Positions 52,830 to 64,000 of a stretch of DNA of 64,000 bases are shown here, piece after piece. The notes below the pieces were generated by a model, which was not told the DNA's origin, searched no databases, and saw only the letters and a program-made list of their open reading frames with translations. Positions within the stretch are counted from its first letter, which is position 1. Each line of letters starts with the position of its first letter. Position numbers and translations under genes: made by a program. Source of the DNA: Felis catus (taxonomy: Eukaryota); contig NC_058368.1 in NCBI RefSeq assembly GCF_018350175.1, positions 203,734,001-203,798,000 of the forward strand. Direction: 5' to 3'.

Positions 52830-53484
52830 AGAGAGTCAGTACCTAGAGTTCTTCTACTCCCACTCCCACCTCCATTAAAAATGAGATCTCTCTGCCTACC
52901 CCAAATTTAAACCTGTTTACAGCAAGTCCAAATACAGCTCTCCTAAAAGCTCTATTTTTGAAATACAGTCTGGAAAATCATTATCTCTAAATGCAAACTA
53001 GATCCTTACATATAGAAGTCCACATCAAATACTCTTAAAGCACACAATAATGCAGCAAGAAGGGTTTGTAAACCATCACAAAGGATTGCCATCAATTAAG
53101 TTTTACTGAACAGTAAAATTCTTTTGTATTTGTACACAATAGTATGAGAAAATAGCACTCCTCCCTTCTAACAGTCACAGTATTTTATATTTTTGTCCTC
53201 TGTCTTTCAAAACTATATACTGGTCATTTATCTATCCTTAGAATTTAACATAGTGTCTGGCATAAAAGAGTAGTGAATAATCTTTGTGAATAAATTATAT
53301 AAAACAGAACTAGTAGAACTCAGTGGGTAAATCATGAATTTTGTCACAAATGGAACTAGGTTCATTTTCTGGTGCACCCATTTAGTATACAAATTGGGAT
53401 TTGAGTAAATACTTAACCTCTGTAGGTTTCATTTTATATCCATAAAATGGAGATACTAAAATGTGTTAATAGTTTTGGGGTTTT

Positions 53485-53545
53485 TTTAATAAGATTATTT
53501 ATTTATTTTGACAGAGACAGAGACAGAGACAGTGTGAGTGGGGAG

Positions 53546-53581
<36 letters not shown>

Positions 53582-53727
53582 GGAAAGAGAGAGAAGCCCA
53601 AGCAGGCTCCGCAGCACTATCAGCACAGAGCCCAACGTGGGTCTCGAACCCATGAACCCACAAGATTATGACCTGAGTCGAAACCAAGAGTCGGACACTT
53701 AACCGACTGAGCCACCCAGGTGCTCCA
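53485..53727 (-). mobile_element. Can-SINE inside a MIR (MIR ~53310-53800)
   Basis: Full antisense body; TSD tgttaatagtttt; MIR core upstream. Confidence 0.92.
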
Positions 53728-54339
53728 TGTTAATAGTTTTTAAATGAAAACTAAAACTCTGTGTAAGCATGTCACACAATAGTTAGCTTACTAAAGAGTA
53801 TTCAGTGAATTATGGTTTCCTTTCTTCTCTTTTCCACGATAAACATGGTACTCTTATCATACATAGGGCTTTCCCTCTCAGTGATGATGTAATACATATT
53901 ATACAGAAAAGCCACGTATGTTATAAACAAAAACACACATCTTACACTGTCGGAAGTTCTGGTGGAGTTTTGTATGAGGAGTTCACATCTCCTTTTATCA
54001 GGTGTAGTGATGCCATAAGCAAAGAGGAACCAATAACAGAAGTCAGAATCATTGCCTTGAGTAAAATTCAGTGAAGCTACGTATATTGTTGAATCCTTAT
54101 TGGATCTTTTACAATATCAAAATTGCTTTTAAGTTATCTTGATGGACATTTTGCCCAACCCATTGTAGTGATTCTTTACTTGTGGCAAAAGAATGTAGCC
54201 AATTCTCTTTCCATAGTAATATAGAAAGGAATCCTTTCTGCAGATTGCCCCAGAAATATGCAGTGAACACTCAAAAACTACATTATTTACCACACAACAG
54301 CAGCCAGAAAATTGTTCTTGGTTTTACTCAGAATTCAAA

Positions 54340-54551
54340 GATTTACTTATTTATTTTAATGTTTATTTTTGAGAGAGACAGAGTGTGGGCAGAGTAGGGG
54401 CAGAGAGAGAGGGAGACACAGAATCTGAAGCAAGCTCCAGGCTCTGAGCTGTCAGCGCAGAGCCCAAGGCAGGGCTCGAACTCACAAACCGTGAGATCAT
54501 GACCTGAGCTCAAGGCAGACACTTGACCAACTGAGACACCCAGGCACCTCA
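54340..54551 (-). mobile_element. Can-SINE
   Basis: 19-bp TSD gttttactcagaattcaaa at 54321-54339 and 54552-54570. Confidence 0.95.
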
Positions 54552-56036
54552 GTTTTACTCAGAATTCAAATTGAACTTATCAAAGAGAAGCCAACAAACA
54601 GTAAATGGGAAGGATAGATAAGAAAGTAAGGGCCAAACTCTATACACACATACTTGGGGAAGAGATGTGCCAACAAAGCAACACATAAAAAGTTGCCAAG
54701 CCATTCTGATACCTGCCCAGGGTATCAGAGTCCACACTTCCCCTACAAGCAGGGCATATATCTATATCCACTTCTCAAATTAACACTCTAACCTCACCAG
54801 GATGTAAATCCTTAGCCCAATGTTCAAGGCCAGCAATAGAAAAGGGCTTCAGGGATTATGACTAAGAACTCTGAAAGCCTTCACTGGACCAAGAAAATCA
54901 AAACACTCACTGGTTCTTCCAAGAGCCTCAAGATCAAGCAGAAGGGACAGAGGGTTGTTCTGAGACTAACTGAAATTCTAATCTGGATTCATCAGCTTTC
55001 CATTACCTCTTTGTATTTACCCTTTTGTTCAATTACTAGTCCTTTTATCACTACTTGGATTTTCCTACTTCCAACCACTGGACTTGCTTCTATGCAGAAG
55101 TAGAAAACACTGTAGGAGAGATATGACCTCACCTTGCCTCTGTTTCATCATTTGTAGAATGGGGCTATCATCTTATCCTCTGTGGCTTGTGATGTGTCTG
55201 ATGGGGCTATCCTATTGTCCTATCATGTAGGACAATATAATAAATTACATGAAAAGTAATTTGCCTAATTCCTAGCACATAACCAATGCCCCATATATGC
55301 AATAAGATCTACAGTCATTTCCACATTTTCCCTATGGATTTTCCTTTAAACCATAAAGGACAAGTGTAGAAGTCAAAGAGAAAAATTTGTATTCATATTA
55401 AACTAACCTCTTCCACTCATGCTTTATGGTTGGAAAAATAAACCATAACCATGAGTTTATGTCACACATCTTCTTTCTCAATTTAGAATCTGTAGGCTCC
55501 TATACAACTCAATAGGAGCTCATTTTTATTTTAAAACACCTAAAACACATGCTCATGTATAACAATTATTCTGATCTAGATCTACCCAATTACATTCCTT
55601 GCTGGCCTCTTAAATGTAACCTTAAGTTTATGTAATCCACAAAATTTAGCTCTGCATTAATTTCTAACAAGTATTACAAAAATGGATGAGATTGGGAATC
55701 AGAGTAATGTATAAGTGACTGAAATGTTTGCCACTTAGATTTGAGTTTGTGAATATTATAGGACTTCTGGGAAATATTTTCCATTTTTCTCAAATAAATC
55801 ACACTATTTAAAATGCCTATCCATATTCCTAAGAATTTGGCTATTAATAATATTAAACACCTAATGGCAGAAGCCAATTCACTTATTTAGGGAAATTGAG
55901 TTTTGATATTTTATCAGACTATAAATTCAAATAAACACACTGACAACCCTAAAATTAACATTCAAGAAGAAATAGAAGTTAGTTGAGTGTAAGTCAAATA
56001 GACATGTCCAAGATTTAAAAAAATAAATCTCCCCAG

Positions 56037-56243
56037 GGGCACCTGGGTGGCTCAGGTGGTTGAGTGTCCAACGTTTGATTTTGGCTTAGGTCAGGATCTC
56101 GTGGTTCATGGATTCGAGCCCCATTTTGGGCTCTGCGCTGACAGAGCAGAGCTTGCTTGAGATTCTCTCTCCCTTTGTCTCTGCCCCTCCCCCTCATGTG
56201 CCCTCTCTCACTCTCTCTCAAAATAAATAAGCATTATAAAATA
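56037..56243 (+). mobile_element. Can-SINE
   Basis: ggggcacctgggtggctcagg head; TSD taaatctcccca. Confidence 0.93.
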
Positions 56244-57633
56244 GTAAATCTCCCCAAACATGGTGTATTTGGGGGCATTTTTATACATAGAGCATTCTCA
56301 ACCTTTCCTTTAAAACAATATGGAGTATAATAGCATCAATATCAATAAATTAAGGCATTTGAAGTAACTTGTGAAAGATTTTTCTTACAACACTTACATA
56401 TTCTTCAGAGACTTATCCTTTCACTTCAATTTTTTTTCAAAATAAACAAGGCAGTATTTTCCACAAAAGGCAAGGCACAGAACAATTGCAAAATATAGAA
56501 TAATGGTAATTATGTTTGTGAAATTATATTTGTGAAAATTGTATTTGTACTTTATCCAAAAAAAAAGTCATTTCTGAATGTTATCAAAGAATACAACTAT
56601 CTGAAGTAGAAAGTAAAAATCTTGAGTAATCAAGATTTAGTAATGCCCAAGTTCAAAACTCTTTCACAAAACTCCCCATTACTCAATTTAGAAATCTATA
56701 ATAACTTAACTGTGTTCAGTTAAATATGAATATGTAACACCACTCAATCAGCCCAACCATCCTAGAGGAGGGGCCAGGATACAGATTGTTCTTATTTATT
56801 AAATGTGACGTAACTAGAGACCGCAGTCATAGTCAAGAATTTGTACCCGCCCCTACCCACCACACAACACATGCAAAGCAGGTGCCTTGCTATTCAATTA
56901 AAATCAGATTGAAATGGATCATTTTTATCTCTTGTTATTATGTATCTAAGAAACGAGACATAATAGGGGAAAGATATGCCAACATGAGAACAAACAATGG
57001 GGTACCACAGACAATTTTTTTTTGCAGCCAGACAACTATGCAGTACCAAGTTTCCAAGTAGATTTATTTTAGTACATGGCCTTCTCCACACAAAGGCAAG
57101 TTTCTCTTAATTTTTCTACAAACTCCCAGGAAAAACTGGGCTCTACACAGAAAACCAACTCCATAGGCCCAAGTTTTCTGAGTTTCTCAGAGTCCAAAGG
57201 GACATTTCATATTAAAGACAAAAGTGATTCTGAACCCATGACCTTGCTCTTCCACATGCCTCAATAATCCTTCCATTGATTTTCTAAGCAAGAGCCACCT
57301 TGCCAAAATTTCACTAACACTCAGCCCATTAGCACAGGGGTAAATATTCACATGTACATTGTTTTGCTATAACTTCTACAAGGTCAACTTGAGATTCACA
57401 ATTTTAAAATGAGACAAGTAGATAAAGGGAACTGTTATTAACCAAAGAGAGTACAGGCATTCTCAAAGCACACGGGTGGAAGCCATCTACTACTGTCAAC
57501 CAGTGGGAGTAGATTTGGATGTATTCTTTGAGTCTTATCTCTAACAGCAATCAAGCATTACCCCTACAATCAAGCATGTCAGGGGTTCAATATTTAGGAA
57601 AGCCAGTAGGAAATCCTCAACAAGAGTTTGAGT

Positions 57634-57744
57634 GGGAAGGGAAAGAGAAAGAGAGAAAGAGAGAAAGAGAGAAAGAGAGAAGAGAGAAAGAGAGAAAGAG
57701 AGAAAGAGAGAAAGAGAGAAAGAGAGAAAGAGAGAAAGAGAGAA

Positions 57745-57777
<33 letters not shown>

Positions 57778-57998
57778 AAGGAGAGAGGGAAGGAAGGGGG
57801 AGGAGAAGGAAGGGGAGAGGGAGGAAGGAAGAAAGAAGAGAGAGGGAAAAAAGAAAGGAGAAAGAAGAGAGGGAGGAAGGGAGAAAGAAAAGAAAAGGGA
57901 AGAAAGGAATAAAGGAAAGAAAGAGAAAGGCAGGGAAGAAAGAAGGAAGGAAAGCAAGAAAGCAAGAGAAAGCTAGAGAAAGCAAGAAAAAGAAAAAG
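57634..57998. repeat. Polypurine compound repeat: (GAGAGAAA)n, (GAGAAA)n, degenerate (GGAA)n and (AGAAAGCA)n
   Basis: About 360 nt that is almost pure A/G, seen directly. Confidence 0.95.
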
Positions 57999-59487
57999 AC
58001 AGACACTGGCCTTTCAATTGATGGACATTTTGGAGGAATGAGAGAAAAGAATTCTAATGTTTCCCTTACCTCAAATTTTGTTTTTGTACATACATACGAC
58101 TTGTTATTCAACATGAAGAGTATTCAAATAGTGTTTGAAACATGTAAAATAAGATCATTCTATTATGTAAAAATTTAAAACTACCTTTAAGAAGTACTGT
58201 TTCTCTGTATTGATGTTTCTAATGTGAGAAAAGTACATAAATTGGATGACCTAATGATTGCTATTTGTATCTTGCATAGTTCACACAGTGGCTCAGCCAT
58301 GGTAGTCATTCTATAATAAATAGAAGAGTAAATGAATGAATAAATGAACATCTTAGACACAGAATTACCAACACAAGACTTGCTAGAGTCTCTGGCTCCC
58401 TCTAGTTCAAACAAATGCCAAACACATGCATCCCACATATGGTTCTCTGTAGGCTCTTCCCACTCCCATCCTCTCATTAATGACTTGCTTTTCCTGAAAG
58501 GAACAGTTGTAGATAAATACCAGGTGAAAGATGGTGCCTAAATAAGGTTCTGGAAGTGATTTTTGAGGTGCTAGAAGCTCCCACACATTGAGAGACCTCC
58601 CACAAGCAATTTTCTTGGGGCCAACTCCAAATAAGAAGGATTGATGGTCTGCTTCCTGTAATAGCACCTAGTTATCCATCTTAATCTAGTGTTAACTGAA
58701 GGACTTAGCTACAGCAGAAGAGGAAGAAAGAGGTGAACTGAGAGAACATTTGTTATGACCCTGATAGGGAAATGAGGCACTCAGAAGATGCCACCCTTTC
58801 CTGGAAGGAACATGATACAATTGCACACACTCACAGCAGGTAGCTACTGCCTAACTCCAAATAAAATTTAAGAGAGCAAAAAACAAAAACAAAAAAAGAT
58901 GAAAAACAGAAATCAAGAAATGAATGTAGGAAAAATATTAGGCTTGATCAGACCCTGAAATCCATCAATTTGAGAAAACACATTAAAAAATGCTCTGAAG
59001 CCAACATTTTACCTATTCCATTTATCTATTCAAATACTGCATTTCCTAAGACGTGTTTGTCACATAAAATTCTAATCAACTTCCTCAAAAACTTGCCATA
59101 TTTGTCCAATGTGTGAAATGTGCTGTTTGATAAAAGTAAAGTACAAAAATGTTAGGAGCTTAAAAAATGGCTTCTTTATACTTAGCTAAGGTGACTTGGA
59201 TGGAAATAATGGAGTGGTAAGTCACTGCTTGGCCAAAGGGCTAGCACTGGGTTGTAGCTATCTAATTTGGGGGACTCCTTTCTCCATCCTTTAACCTTCC
59301 CTTTCTCTCTCCTACATCAAGGAAGAAGGTGAATCAATCAGAAAGATACTGCCATACTCCAGGGGGGAGTACTTTATCCAAAGTATTTGGATAAATACAA
59401 ATTTATCCTCCCCTCCCCCAATACAACTGGCCTGGGATCAACCTGGTAAATATTTTCAGCTGAGATTTGAATTTTGAGGTAGTAGTG

Positions 59488-62420
59488 CTATCTTAGTTTG
59501 AGTGCTCCCATAAGCAAACTCCAGTATATGGATTCAAGAACCAATAGTTTACTTGGAAAATGCAAGAGCACCAGGAGGAGGAGGGGAGGTGAAACAAAAG
59601 AAAGTCAATGATGAGGCCATTATCAAGCTAGCTTCTCCTGTGAGGCAACCAGAGCTCACTTCCTTTGCAAACAGTATAAAATAAAACCTATTACAGTAAT
59701 TCCACCTAAGAAGAGAGAAAGCCTGTGTATTTATATACTGGCTCTCATCAGTCCTCGGTGAGGGCTGAAGGATATTAACCAGCTAGTATTTTCAATCTGC
59801 CACATGCAAATTGAATAGCTTTTGTAGATTCAGAGAAAGCTCTCAGGCAAACAGAGGCAGATACTGATAGTTAGAAGTCCACTTTGGCAAACCAAGGCAG
59901 TAAAGCCAGAGGTATATAGGCAGGCACCCAAGATGCTGGGGCAGGTTTTAAAATGACTCACAGTGGTGGCCTTTTGGTGCAAATGTTTAGTAGGGCAGCT
60001 ACAGGAGAACATTAACACTGTAACCAGTGTGTTCCTGTAACTATGATATCATTTGGATGTCTGCTGCCTCACCTACCCTTTTCTTTTAATGTTTTTAATT
60101 TTATTTTTTAATTTACATTCAAATTAGTTAGCATATAGTGAAACAATGATTTCAGGAGTAGATTCTTTAGTGCCCCTTACCCATTTAGCCTATCCCCCCT
60201 CCCACAACCCCTCCAGTAACCCTCTGTTGTTCTCCATATTTAAGAGTCTCTTATGTTTTGTCCCCCTCCCTGCTTTTATATTATTTTTGCTTCCCTTCCT
60301 TTATGTTCATCTGTTCTGTGTCTTAAAGCCCTCATATGAGTGAAATCATGTGATTTTTGTCTTTCTCTGACTAATTTCACTTAGCATAATACCCTCTAGT
60401 TCCATCCACGTAGGTGTAAATGGCAAGATTGCGTTCTTTTTGATTGCCGAGTAATATTCCATTGTATGTATACCACATCTTCTTTATCCATTCATCCAGC
60501 GATGGACATTTGGGCTCTTTCCATACTTTGGCTATTGTTGATAGTGCTGCTATAAACATGGGGGTGCATGTGTCCCTTCGAAACAGCATACCTATATTCC
60601 TTGGATAAATACCTAGTAGTGCAATTGCTGGGTCGTAGGGTAGTTCTATTTTTAGTTTTTTGAGGAACCTCCATACTGTCTTCCCGAGCGGCTGCGCCAG
60701 CTTGCATTCCCACCAACAATGCAAAATAGATCCTCTTTCTCCTCATCCTTGCCAACATCTGTTGTTGCCTGAGTTGTTAATGTTAGCCATTCTGACAGGT
60801 GTAAGGTGGTATCTCATTGTGGTTTTGATTTGTATTTCCCTGATGATGAGTGATGTTGACCATTTTTTCATGTGTCGATTGGCCATGGATGTCTTCTTTG
60901 CAGAAGTGTCTATTCATGTCTTTTGCCCATTTCTTCACCAGATTATTTGTTTTTTGGGTGTTGAGTTTGATAAGTTCTTTATAGATTTTCTCACCTACCC
61001 TTTTCTAAGTCTGATTCTCCTACCTTCCCCTTGATTCTGTAGAAGTCCCCTAGTATCTCCCAAATAAATTTATTTTCTATTTAATTTAACAAGTGTTAGT
61101 TTCTCTGGCTTGCAACAAAGAACCTAGATGTCTTATACAATGGTGCTCAAAGTGTGGTAAAGATAGATGGTGGATGCTGCCTGGGGCAAATCCTGAGCCA
61201 AAGCAAAGCCTCTAAGCTTTCTAAGCAAAGTCATGCTGCCTTCAGAATGCAATTATTCCAGAAACTATGCAGTCTCCTTCTGAAAACATCTTCTGACTTA
61301 CCAGTGGGCCTTGATGGGTGTGAATGCCTCACTGAGACACCACGTAATCAGAAGATTAGAGCAGCCAAGAATAAGTTGGATATAGTACAAAACAAGCTGC
61401 TATAATAAAGAAACTCAAAACTTGAGGATTCATTTTCTCTCGCAGTTAATTATCCAGTGGTGTCCAGAAGTAACTACAAGTGATCCATCACCAAGAGATG
61501 GTTCTGTTCTAAAAGGTTCTCTGTCTCATTTCTTTACTTATCTCCTAGAGTATAATACTCATCTTCGTGGAAAGAAACAAAAAAACAGGAAATGAAAAAC
61601 AAAACAACAAAACAAGAAAAAAAAATACGGCTTAACAACATGCCCATACGCCAATTACAGAAAGTAGCCAGGAAAGAAAGTACAGGGCAATTTTTTAAAA
61701 AGTAAACCAAAACATTACTTCTGAGCACATTCCATTAGCAAAACCATAGAAATGGAGCCATATCAGCTGCAAAGGAGACGGAGAAATAAATTCTCTAGTT
61801 AAAGCAGCCGTATGCCCAGGTAAACACTGAATATAGAGAAAGGGGAGAATAAATTTGGGAAGAACACTAGCAGTCTTTTCTGAATCTAGCCATAAACCAG
61901 GCCTGTGTAACACCATTCCATTAAGTAGCTAAATCAGATAGATGTAGGTTTTAGAGACAAATCACTTACATTCTCTATGTGCCCAAACCTGCAACACTGC
62001 CATTCAACTCACACTTAAGACCTCATGGAGTGATCTCTATGACCAGTGGAAAGAGAAGGACACTCTCAAGCCTAGTTTCCAGGTATCTGTGACAACAGTT
62101 AAAACCTGCTTACTATGGAGATATAGTGACACTGAAAACTGCCTCTGTAAAAGGGAGAACTAACAGCAACAGTTAGAAGAACAGATATACATGGGTTTCT
62201 GGCTGGTAGATACAAGGTTTAATTGAACAGTCAAGGATATGAAAGAAACAATATGGGGAGACTACTGACAAAAGGCTGGAGATACGTTATATGGGTGGAT
62301 TTCTTGGAGTAAGCGTTAAAAAACGTGTGCCAGGTGAATATCCACATATACACACACAAATCACACACACAAATCCTTGAAGAACAAGTCCTTAACAATG
62401 AGGTAGACATGATTTGGTTA
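59488..62420. mobile_element. MaLR/ERVL LTR and internal-like sequence, split by a young L1
   Basis: tatcttagtttgagtgctccc...(MLT1-like); aataaattt...tagtttctctggcttgcaacaaagaacc LTR end near 61125; aaaaacgtgtgccaggtgaatatccacat...caatgaggtagacatgat resembles MaLR-int. Boundaries approximate. Confidence 0.55.
60085..60989 (-). mobile_element. 5'-truncated carnivore L1, same subfamily type as 43413-46775
   Basis: ORF 60377-60724 ([31 protein letters not shown]...). 17-bp TSD ctcacctacccttttct at 60068-60084 and 60990-61006. Confidence 0.96.
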
Positions 62421-62913
62421 TGGTTCCAGCTTGAAAACAAGCCATTGCAAGGCTACGTTCTGGCCCCATAAGAGAAGATATACATGTAACAAGTATGTCT
62501 CAGTCCAGAAAGCAAAGGATAGAAGTGAGAATGATGCTTCTCAATAAATGACACATTTACAATTTATGTTTCTCTATCTTTGAGACTCTAGAGTTTACCA
62601 GTTAAAAAAAAATTTTTTTAGTACATATACTTAAAAAAAAAAAGAATACTTCCAAGACAGAACAGGAAGCACAACAAAAGTTCTTTTGAATGAATGGGTG
62701 AGGAGACAGCCCCGGACCCTCAAGGGGAAACAGTTTACCTGCCTACCCACTTCCCTTGGCACCACTTTTGCTGAGGTCACATTAAACTACTCACAATTGT
62801 CCAAACTGTTAACTTTCATGCCTCTGGGCCTTTGTACTTGGAAACCCTTCTGCCTTGAGTATCCCCTATCACTTCTTATCTTTCAAAGCCCAGATCAAAA
62901 AATTACCTTCTGT

Positions 62914-63035
62914 GGATGCCTGGATGGCTAAGTAGATTGAGCTTCCAACTTCGGCTCAGGTCATGATCTTGCAGTTCATGAGTTCAAGCCCCACATCAGA
63001 CTCTGCACTGGTGATGCGGAGCCAGCTTAGGATAT

Positions 63036-63097
<62 letters not shown>

Positions 63098-63177
63098 CCT
63101 CCCTCCCTTTCTCTCTCTCTTCCCCTTCCCCACTTGTGCTCTCCCTCTCTCTCAAAATAAATAAACTTAAAAAAAAA
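62914..63177 (+). mobile_element. Can-SINE with expanded (CT)n inside an L2 remnant
   Basis: ggatgcctggatggctaag head, long (CT)n and A tail; TSD-like aaaat(t/c)accttc. Confidence 0.9.
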
Positions 63178-63601
63178 TCACCTTCACTGTGAAGTCTTCC
63201 CTGATACACTCAGGGTTAGTTACCATAAGCTTTATGCATAAGTTCACAGACCAGTCACAGCCCTTTTCACACCCCATTGTTACCATTTGTTTACATGTCT
63301 ATAGCTCTAATTCCACTGCAAACTTCTGACCAAAAGCATTATTTCAAGAACTGCTAGCTTATACAGCCTTAAAGAACTGCACATTTCTGACCAAGTAAGG
63401 TGATTTATTTTAGCAAGATATATTCAATGCCTCATTTGGCCAAGAATTATAACATCTACTATGATCCTTGGCACAGAGAAGGCTCTGAATATATCTTGTT
63501 TCAATTAATTAGTAAGCTTTTGCAAACGATATACAGAAATTAGAAGTGTGACAAAGTTTCACACTAGGAATGACGTCAGAGTTAAGATATGTATTAGGAA
63601 T

Positions 63602-64000
63602 GGGGCGCCTAAGTGCCTCAGTTGGTTAAGAATCTGACTCTTGGGGGCGCCTGGGTGGCTCAGTCGGTTAAGCGTCCGACTTCAGCCGGGTCACGATCTC
63701 GCGGTCTGTGAGTTCGAGCCCCGCGTCGGGCTCTGGGCTGATGGCTCAGAGCCTGGAGCTTGCTTCCGATTCTGTGTCTCCCTCTCTCTCTGCCCCTGCC
63801 CCATTCATGCTCTGTCTCTCTCTGTCTTAAAAATAAATAAAAAAACGTTAAAAAAAAAAAAAAAAGAATCTGACTCTTGATTTTGGCTCAGGTCATGATC
63901 TCACTGTGAGTTTGAACCCTGTGTTGAACTCCCTGCTGACAGTGTGGAGCCTGGTTGGGATTCTCTCTCTCTCTTTCTGTCTGTCTCTCCCTCCATCTCT
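63602..64000 (+). mobile_element. Older Can-SINE with a young felid SINE (63644-63863) nested in its head
   Basis: 16-bp TSD aagaatctgactcttg at 63628-63643 and 63864-63879; the host SINE resumes (attttggctcaggtcatgatc) after the insert. Confidence 0.95.

Larger units (their letters stand above)
53800..59485 (+). pseudogene. Decayed collagen Gly-X-Y segment, interrupted by SINEs, MIR and a purine repeat
   Basis: GSS-GGV at 53952; (G)FT-GPR near 54877; GTE-GCS near 54944; GGP-GYR near 56767; (G)KL-GST-xKT-xSI-GPS...(G)FS-(G)SK-GTF in ORF 57076; GHF-GGM-(G)EK near 58023; GK*-GTQ-xMP-xFP-GRN at 58767-58811. Confidence 0.85.
1..63600 (+). pseudogene. Giant decayed collagen (Gly-X-Y) pseudogene, collagen IV-related, fragmented by transposons; extends beyond both window ends
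   Basis: Inter-repeat DNA shows 9-nt periodic GGN or near-GGN codons on +. Examples: GRN-GQT-GQS (786-812), GLK-GRY (10706), GEQ-GGR (21222), GES-GCL-xHQ-GEV (26613), GWS-GSL-GFA-GIC (32452-32487), GGQ-GRD (36984), GSP-GLP-GKE (42378-42404), GSR-xLA-GNP-GGP-GIQ (51772-51816), GK*-GTQ-xMP-xFP-GRN (58767-58811). Many stops and frameshifts. Confidence 0.85.

Noticed and set aside
57541..58114. Long overlapping ORFs (138-219 aa) rich in K/E/R or S/L/F
   Set aside because: Artefacts of a stop-free polypurine repeat, not genes.
1..64000. Assignment to a known gene such as COL4A1-6, COL6A4, COL8A1 or COL10A1
   Set aside because: Size, the lack of small exons and the internal intronless NC1-like block fit none of these, and no intact exon was recognised. 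No gene symbol is given.

Overview
AT-rich mammalian genomic DNA. The Can-SINEs (SINEC_Fc-like) and L1s indicate a carnivore, very probably a felid. I see no intact protein-coding gene, RNA gene or CRISPR array. About half of the window is transposon-derived: ~25 carnivore tRNA-derived SINEs, 3 young 5'-truncated L1s, older L1M, L2, MIR, MaLR/ERVL LTRs and Tigger/hAT MITEs. The main observation concerns the rest. Nearly every stretch between transposons, from base 1 to ~63,600, reads on the + strand as heavily decayed collagen Gly-X-Y coding sequence: GGN codons, or codons one substitution away, recur every 9 nt, broken by stops and frameshifts. Summed by eye, this is roughly 30 kb (about 10,000 codons) with no obvious introns, and it is open at both window ends. 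At 27,916-28,515 it contains what looks like an intronless remnant of a type IV collagen NC1 (C4) domain, and Gly-X-Y resumes 26 codons later in the same frame. My interpretation (inference) is the fossil of a giant, intron-poor, collagen-IV-related gene or tandem gene pair, inactivated before MIR/L2/MER insertions accumulated. All family names and alignments are by eye and from memory; none were run against databases.
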